DNA of 64,000 nt from Balanoglossus misakiensis (Eukaryota; Animalia; Hemichordata), in the NCBI GenBank assembly GCA_040954595.2, contig CM082590.2, positions 6,448,001-6,512,000 of the forward strand, in the 5' to 3' direction. A model generated the notes under the pieces. It saw nothing but the letters and a program-made list of their open reading frames with translations, was not told the DNA's origin and did not search any database. The position numbers and the translations under genes were made by a program. Positions 55,851 through 64,000 of the stretch are shown piece by piece (the first letter of the stretch is position 1; every line of letters begins with the position of its first letter).

Positions 55851-57805
55851 GGCTCCGAAGTGTTAACGGAGGAGTCTGTCAAGTTGGGTATGAGCTACTA
55901 CTTCCGTCCGTCAACCCGTCAAGAATTCATACCATTTTCTAGTAGGGGTGTGTAGCTTCATGTTTTTGGCGGTGGTGTGTAGCTTTGAGGTGTTGAGGAA
56001 GAATTGGAACAGTGACAGAAATCGGAACGGATTAGCCAGCTGTGTTTTCGCTACCGGTGAGAAAAAAGTTGTGTTTGGCGAGACGATTTCCATACAAATA
56101 AGCCAAACTTGCGAAGCACTGCTATCTAACATCGTCGTTAACAGTCCCATGACTGGCTGACATAGGCAGGTTTGACTAGTTTTACCATACCAGGGTCTGT
56201 GCTCTGAATTCCCTCCTTGGCGATAGAACGTAGCTGCAGTCCGCCCACTGCAATCATAAATCATGTCAAGTCTGTGCCATTTCAAAGGCCCCGTATGCCA
56301 CCATACACCCTACGGCGATTTTAACCGCCGTAAACACGACTTTTCTGATCTAAGCCGTTCTCCTTCCATCCTCTATGGAATTCACCAACTCTTGGGCAAC
56401 AGCGTTGAGTTTATCAAACTTTCTAATCATGCTCTTTGATGTTCCATTGCATTCATTGGAGGGGCTACTTTCGAACTTGACAGCGAAACGTGAAGAAGAA
56501 GCTAACACAGTGATAATTTCACACTTTCATTTTATTTGATTACATTGGGGGGGGGGGCCTGCTTTGTAAAAACGATTGCAAAACTATAGTTTTATCAAAA
56601 ATAAAAAACATACAATTTTATCAAATATATGTACATGTTATCACAATTAAGAAGAGAGCATTCAGCGTCATTCATTCTGTTTATATGACTGATTGAACTA
56701 CACAAGTAGAAAACGCTTCACGTCTACTTACAGTATGGTCTTGTGTCTATATAGAGGAATTTGCATGAAACGAAAATTGTCTTTGTCCCCCCCCCCCTGA
56801 AAATAGACAGTAACTGGAAGTTAAGCATAAGAAAATGACTTTCTCTTTCATTCATTCATTCATTCATTCTATGTAAACATAACGTCAAGGACTCTGTGGT
56901 CCCATTTGGGGATTACACAGAAATAGGTATGCATCAGAATAATAATCACTAGTCAAACTAGCAGGTCTATACGACTTAACCTTCATAAAAAATATGGAAA
57001 TGTAAACAAATTAACTATAGGAACAGGTCTAATATAGTGTCATGTGTCATGGCAATCTTAGAAGAGTTGCTAGAAAAATTGTCTTAACAAACACATATGA
57101 CAAGCACCTTATCAGCCCAGGGACAGCTCTATCTGTCTGACAGATAGAGACGCTCACTGACCTACCACTGGTAGTAAGAATAGCTGGTGGTCTCTGTAAC
57201 AGCTGGTCTATTAAAATTGGACATTTTGTTTGGGAGAATTTGCTAACCAAAAACAAAGACATTTACAAAAACACTTGCTAAATATTGAAAATTTCTGATA
57301 CCAGAATTTGATAAAAGTTGCATATATATGTGTTATGCACTTGTATTCCAAATTCCAAAGCAATCAGACAAAAAACTTGAGTTCCCCCTAGGAATATTCC
57401 CACCAAATCCAAAGCAATCCAACAAGCAGTTTCAGAGAAAACAATATTTGTTTAAAGGTGAGAGGGAAATTTGAATGACTTTCGTTTTGTTTCAACTGTT
57501 GAAGTTAAATTACAATGCCTATGTTTAATTGGCTAATAATCTTCTAACAGGTCAATCAGGCACAGCTACTTTTATTTTGCTACTTTTGATCGTGGAGATC
57601 AAAAATTGTGAAAATATTGTTTTCATTGATGTACATTGTAACAGATACATGCTGCAGATCAGATGCCCTTTAACGGACGGATTCTTTTATGAAGGTTTCA
57701 TGCTGAAGTAATTCAAATATATTCCAAAACACAGAATTATTTTTTTTCCAATCATTGTGGTCTTGTTTACTTAGAAGCGGTGGATGTAACAGTTTTAGTT
57801 GGAAT

Positions 57806-60800
57806 TTAGGACCTGACTGCCTTTTTGATATTATCTTCCAAATTCTGAATTTCTTCATCGAAAGTCTTCAGAAAAGTGTCTGTTTCTTCTAGATGAGACT
57901 TCATATTGTGGAGTTGAAGCTCTGTCAGTTTTGTACCACCTTCGCGCGTCGCTGTCAACAGTTTATTCAAATCGATAATTAACATTTTCCAATTGTTGGT
58001 TGTCCTCTGCAGGTTGTCTTGCCAGGCGGATGTTTGACTGTCGACATTTTTCTTCAGAGTTTGTAGTTGTGCCAAATCTGTTATTCAAATGAAAAGACAT
58101 GAAATGGATCAAGTCTCCTATCAAATTGGCTCCACATTTGTTATAAGCGGTGAACGATAAAAAGTCAAACTAATTGAAATATTATCCGACACAAAATTGC
58201 AGCCATGAAGTGGGAAGGAATGGAAGTCTACGCATCCAGCTGTGGAAGCCCGTTAACATGGCTGCAGTATGCGATGTGATCAAAGTTTGAATGGTGGCTG
58301 CCGCAACTCGTAAAAATATGGCCACATCACTCAAATAGAATGCGATATCGGTCAACCTTCATGTAATAATCCCAGTCTGGTCCCCTGCCCCATTCCCATC
58401 GCTGGTTGCACTACGCTAAAGGGAAAGGGTCAGGCATGGGCTTTTGTAAACATGGCTCTCATAGGTGTACGGACATTGGAGGCATCCATCTTGTTTATGA
58501 TCACGTGGTCTTTGGTTCATTATAATATGCTGGCCAGGTTTAAGGCCAAGATAACGGCCCATACCTGACCCCTTTTCCTTCAGCGTAGCGCAGCCCGCGA
58601 TGAGAATGGGGCAAGGGACCAGACTGGTAATAACCCCTAATAATTTCTTTTCACCAATAGCACGTGTGTAAAAACATGGGTAATTTATCAACAAACGAAC
58701 AAGTATATTGTATTATGTAAGCAACATTTTTTTCCTAAATTCAGCGTAAATATAAAATAAGTTTTATCATACCGTAGACTTTGACCAGACCTCCCACTCC
58801 GCCGACGACACCTGCTCCTACTCCTACCACTGCTAGTCCACCGCTCGCTAAAAATGCAGTAGCTGCTCCGGCCAATGCCAACGCCCCCCACACGCACATC
58901 CAGATCGTAGCCTTCCACTGCTCATCCTCTATGGATTTCATCAAATCTTTGGCGACTGAGGCGAGTTTAGCCAGTGCATTCTTCAACTTGTCGTTTACAC
59001 TCTTGGATGTTTTGTTACATTCGTCGCTTGCTCTCTCCATCTTGGATTCCATTTCCTCTCTCAGAAATGTTCTGACGCTTTCTGATTTAAAAAAAAAATA
59101 TTACCCAGATTATCAGCAACACAAAAACTACAGCGAAAACATAATTATGTGAATATCAACACATATGCAAAATAATAAGATTGGAATCTCAAATAATAAT
59201 GCACCAAATATATGCATAATGTGGATAATTCTAACCTAGCTAGAGGGTCCGACTGGCAGCCAGTCCTCCTAGCTAGATTAGCTACAATCTCTGTACGGAG
59301 AATGGTCATTCTCGCCCCACCAGACTACGGATTTCTTTCGTTTCACTATCGAAATCACATACTCTGGTTAAAATGGAGTACCGCGCTGGTATTTGAACAT
59401 ATTGGTAATGCATATTCATGAGATGACATCATTATAATCTGGCCAATCAAAGCCCGTCTCTCAAGGAGAGCTGGGACAAGAGCACTTCTCAGAGCACTGC
59501 CACTGGAAGCCGCCATGTTGTTTAGAATGAGATGTAATGAGATGCGTGAATGGGATGTAACAAGCAATCTGATTGGTTGTTGGATGTACTGTGAAAGCGC
59601 CTAGACCAAATACTGAATACATGGCCGTATTATACCACGGCCTTTTTGTGGGGAGCAGAGAGCTGCCGTAAAAGGGCCGTGGTTTGCGACGATGAGAATG
59701 GTTGGCTGGTACCCTGCCTCGGTGACCAGGTGGGTTAGCTACAATCTCTGTACGGAGAATGGTTGGCTGATACCCTGCCTCGGTGACCAGGTGGGTTAGC
59801 TACAATCTCTGTACGGAGAATGGTTGGCTGATACCCTGCCTCGGTGACCAGGTGGGTTAGCTACAATCTCTGTACGGAGAATGGTTGGCTGATACCCTGC
59901 CTCGGTGACCAGGTGGGTTAGCTACAATCTCTGTACGGAGAATGGTTGGCTGGTACCCTGCCTCGGTGACCAGGTGGGTTAGCTACAATCTCTGTACGGA
60001 GAATGGTTGGCTGTTACCCTGCCTCGGTGACCAGGTGGGTTAGCTACAATCTCTGTACGGAGAATGGTTGGCTGTTACCCTGCCTCGGTGACCAGGTGGG
60101 TTAGCTACAATCTCTGTACGGAGAATGGTTGGCTGATACCCTGCCTCGGTGACCAGGTGGGTTAGCTACAATCTCTGTACGGAGAATGGTTGGCTGATAC
60201 CCTGCCTCGGTGACCAGGTGGGTTAGCTACAATCTCTGTACGGAGAATGGTTGGCTGATACCCTGCCTCGGTGACCAGGTGGGTTAGCTACAATCTCTGT
60301 ACGGAGAATGGTTGGCTGGTACCCTGCCTCGGTGACCAGGTGGGTTAGCTACAATCTCTGTACGGAGAATGGTTGGCTGGTACCCTGCCTCGGTGACCAG
60401 GTGGGTTAGCTACAATCTCTGTACGGAGAATGGTTGGCTGGTACCCTGCCTCGGTGACCAGGTGGGTTAGCTACAATCTCTGTACGGAGAATGGTTGGCT
60501 GGTACCCTGCCTCGGTGACCAGGTGGGTTAGCTACAATCTCTGTACGGAGAATGGTTGGCTGGTACCCTGCCTCGGTGACCAGGTGGGTTAGCTACAATC
60601 TCTGTACGGAGAATGGTTGGCTGGTACCCTGCCTCGGTGACCAGGTGGGTTAGCTACAATCTCTGTACGGAGAATGGTTGGCTGGTACCCTGCCTCGGTG
60701 ACCAGGTGGGTTAGCTACAATCTCTGTACGGAGAATGGTTGGCTGGTACCCTGCCTCGGTGACCAGGTGGGTTAGCTACAATCTCTGTACGGAGAATGGT

Positions 60801-63542
60801 TGGCTGGTACCCTGCCTCGGTGACCAGGTGGGTTAGCTACAATCTCTGTACGGAGAATGGTTGGCTGGTACCCTGCCTCGGTGACCAGGTGGGTTAGCTA
60901 CAATCTCTGTACGGAGAATGGTTGGCTGGTACCCTGCCTCGGTGACCAGGTGGGTTAGCTACAATCTCTGTACGGAGAATGGTTGGCTGGTACCCTGCCT
61001 CGGTGACCAGGTGGGTTAGCTACAATCTCTGTACGGAGAATGGTTGGCTGGTACCCTGCCTCGGTGACCAGGTGGGTTAGCTACAATCTCTGTACGGAGA
61101 ATGGTTGGCTGGTACCCTGCCTCGGTGACCAGGTGGGTTAGCTACAATCTCTGTACGGAGAATGGTTGGCTGGTACCCTGCCTCGGTGACCAGGTGGGTT
61201 AGCTACAATCTCTGTACGGAGAATGGTTGGCTGGTACCCTGCCTCGGTGACCAGGTGGGTTAGCTACAATCTCTGTACGGAGAATGGTTGGCTGGTACCC
61301 TGCCTCGGTGACCAGGTGGGTTAGCTACAATCTCTGTACGGAGAATGGTTGGCTGGTACCCTGCCTCGGTGACCAGGTGGGTTAGCTACAATCTCTGTAC
61401 GGAGAATGGTTGGCTGGTACCCTGCCTCGGTGACCAGGTGGGTTAGCTACAATCTCTGTACGGAGAATGGTTGGCTGGTACCCTGCCTCGGTGACCAGGT
61501 GGGTTAGCTACAATCTCTGTACGGAGAATGGTTGGCTGGTACCCTGCCTCGGTGACCAGGTGGGTTAGCTACAATCTCTGTACGGAGAATGGTTGGCTGG
61601 TACCCTGCCTCGGTGACCAGGTGGGTTAGCTACAATCTCTGTACGGAGAATGGTTGGCTGTTACCCTGCCTCGGTGACCAGGTGGGTTAGCTACAATCTC
61701 TGTACGGAGAATGGTTGGCTGGTACCCTGCCTCGGTGACCAGGTGGGTTAGCTACAATCTCTGTACGGAGAATGGTTGGCTGGTACCCTGCCTCGGTGAC
61801 CAGGTGGGTTAGCTACAATCTCTGTACGGAGAATGGTTGGCTGGTACCCTGCCTCGGTGACCAGGTGGGTTAGCTACAATCTCTGTACGGAGAATGGTTG
61901 GCTGGTACCCTGCCTCGGTGACCAGGTGGGTTAGCTACAATCTCTGTACGGAGAATGGTTGGCTGGTACCCTGCCTCGGTGACCAGGTGGGTTAGCTACA
62001 ATCTCTGTACGGAGAATGGTTGGCTGATACCCTGCCTCGGTGACCAGGTGGGTTAGCTACAATCTCTGTACGGAGAATGGTTGGCTGGTACCCTGCCTCG
62101 GTGACCAGGTGGGTTAGCTACAATCTCTGTACGGAGAATGGTTGGCTGGTACCCTGCCTCGGTGACCAGGTGGGTTAGCTACAATCTCTGTACGGAGAAT
62201 GGTTGGCTGGTACCCTGCCTCGGTGACCAGGTGGGTTAGCTACAATCTCTGTACGGAGAATGGTTGGCTGGTACCCTGCCTCGGTGACCAGGTGGGTTAG
62301 CTACAATCTCTGTACGGAGAATGGTTGGCTGGTACCCTGCCTCGGTGACCAGGTGGGTTAGCTACAATCTCTGTACGGAGAATGGTTGGCTGGTACCCTG
62401 CCTCGGTGACCAGGTGGGTTAGCTACAATCTCTGTACGGAGAATGGTTGGCTGGTACCCTGCCTCGGTGACCAGGTGGGTTAGCTACAATCTCTGTACGG
62501 AGAATGGTTGGCTGATACCCTGCCTCGGTGACCAGGTGGGTTAGCTACAATCTCTGTACGGAGAATGGTTGGCTGGTACCCTACCTCGGTGACCAGGTGG
62601 GTTAGCTACAATCTCTGTACGGAGAATGGTTGGCTGGTACCCTGCCTCGGTGACCAGGTGGGTTAGCTACAATCTCTGTACGGAGAATGGTTGGCTGGTA
62701 CCCTGCCTCGGTGACCAGGTGGGTTAGCTACAATCTCTGTACGGAGAATGGTTGGCTGATACCCTGCCTCGGTGACCAGGTGGGTTAGCTACAATCTCTG
62801 TACGGAGAATGGTTGGCTGGTACCCTGCCTCGGTGACCAGGTGGGTTAGCTACAATCTCTGTACGGAGAATGGTTGGCTGGTACCCTGCCTCGGTGACCA
62901 GGTGGGTTAGCTACAATCTCTGTACGGAGAATGGTTGGCTGGTACCCTGCCTCGGTGACCAGGTGGGTTAGCTACAATCTCTGTACGGAGAATGGTTGGC
63001 TGGTACCCTGCCTCGGTGACCAGGTGGGTTAGCTACAATCTCTGTACGGAGAATGGTTGGCTGGTACCCTGCCTCGGTGACCAGGTGGGTTAGCTACAAT
63101 CTCTGTACGGAGAATGGTTGGCTAGTACCCTGCCTCGGTGACAAACACCAAAGAGGCTAGTCTCGGTTACCCAGACCCCTCTGCTTCTTCTGTTGGGCAC
63201 TCCAAAAAGAGGGTCTGGGGAAACCCCATAGTCAAATCTCCGGGCAAAGATGTAATCGGAACACCACATATTTTTTTATTTGACTTAATGAATGATTTGC
63301 ACTTACCAACTTTTCTTAGTTTTTCCTTGAGTCGATTGAAAGGGATGGGTTTCATGTCCTTTTGAAAGCCATGTATATCAACATCAAAAAGCTCCCTGGC
63401 GTATTCGATTTCTTCCTCAGTGAATATACCCGCATACTTTTCCAGTTTGTTTTCTTTCAAAAAGTCCTCGATTGACATAGTGATGAAGTCAAATTCACTC
63501 TTCGTGCACCAGAATGTGTCAACAGCAACGCGTCGATAAGAC
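57806..63542 (-). CDS. Gene 6 (5' end outside window): SAM-like domain, Gly/Ala-rich hydrophobic hairpin and coiled coil; paralogue of gene 5
   Basis: Exons 63542-63307 (SIEDFLKENKLEKYAGIFTEEEIEY), 59081-58773 (...ATIWMCVWGALALAGAATAFLASGGLAVVGVGAGVVGGVGGLVKVY), 58077-57806 (DLAQLQTL...KKAVRS*); GT-AG introns with compatible phases. Confidence 0.85.
58373..58626. mobile_element. Foldback MITE, ~68-bp TIRs, imperfect ~10-bp TSD GTAATAATCC/GTAATAACCC
   Basis: CAGTCTGGTCCCCTGCCCCATTC ... GAATGGGGCAAGGGACCAGACTG. Confidence 0.75.
59307..59694. mobile_element. Second copy of the ~380-bp CAT-ended element, 8-bp TSD AGAATGGT
   Basis: Closely similar to 10694-11070; inserted in the first 61-bp satellite unit. 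Confidence 0.82.
59695..63142. repeat. 61-bp tandem satellite, ~56 copies, intronic in gene 6
   Basis: Unit AGAATGGTTGGCTGGTACCCTGCCTCGGTGACCAGGTGGGTTAGCTACAATCTCTGTACGG; varies almost only at one site (GGT/GAT/GTT). Confidence 0.97.
63158..63232. repeat. ~70-bp hairpin mini-element; related copy in opposite orientation at 37074-37141
   Basis: TAGTCTCGGTTACCCAGACCC...GGGTCTGGGGAAA versus TTTCCCCAGACTC...GTCTGGGTAACCGAGTCTA. Confidence 0.55.
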
Positions 63543-64000
63543 CTAAATATTAAAAGAATAAAACGTAAAATAAGAAAATATAGCAAATAATTCCACGCAA
63601 ATTTCTATGTCAAAAACAATGCATCGGTTTACCAATTTTGATATTGAAAATGACATCTTAATGTCAATTCATACAAATACCATTTTTTTAAATATACCGC
63701 GTGTACATTATTTCTGATGTACATTATATTGCTCTTTAGGCAGCGATTGCAAAAAATGGGTACGGAGGGGTCAGGGATATTGATGGTATGTCATGTGTTA
63801 ACACCACAGCCAGATTACAATAGTATGGATGCTGTAGTAGCTGAAATTTTTAACATTTTTTCTGAAAGGGGACCAAGAAATTGATTGATATAAAGACCAA
63901 AATGAATTTGAATAATTTAAAAATAAAAAAAATAATAATAAAAAAATATGAGTTATGCAATTTCAATTTATAAATATTAAAATCAACGCATAAAAATTCC

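Noticed and set aside
59695-63142. CRISPR-like array
   Set aside because: Head-to-tail identical 61-bp units with no unique spacers, no cas genes, eukaryotic intron context.

Overview
AT-rich, intron-containing animal genomic DNA; gene content and repeat types suggest an invertebrate deuterostome such as a hemichordate (inference only). Six host genes were reconstructed by hand from splice sites and frames. (i) Three tandem + strand paralogues (128-7056, 16407-22921, 26541-32161) encode signal peptide + one to three copies of a ~125-135 aa Cys/Thr-rich, probably beta-sandwich domain (one phase-1 exon each; a Sushi/CCP domain in gene 1) + GPI-like tail. (ii) PLGRKT (35349-37359). (iii) A convergent pair of paralogues (42334-47535 +, 63542-57806 -) with a SAM-like domain, a Gly/Ala-rich hydrophobic hairpin and helical/coiled-coil segments. 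The first intron of gene 1 holds a ~3.8-kb Crypton-type tyrosine-recombinase element (DUF3504-like, frameshifted). Its gene is split two codons before the catalytic Tyr by a 1.27-kb non-autonomous element of the same design. These two elements and a 314-bp element (plus a decayed fragment) share an unusual a..a'b..b' end structure: an internal segment is the reverse complement of the two joined termini, like the ICR of DIRS elements but without reverse transcriptase. The rest is dense with TTAA-flanked (Kolobok-like), TA- and TTA-flanked MITEs, foldback elements, Helentron-like elements, LINE/SINE fragments, 119-bp, 322-bp and ~410-bp/1.81-kb tandem arrays and a 3.4-kb 61-bp satellite. All coordinates were counted manually and no database searches were run.
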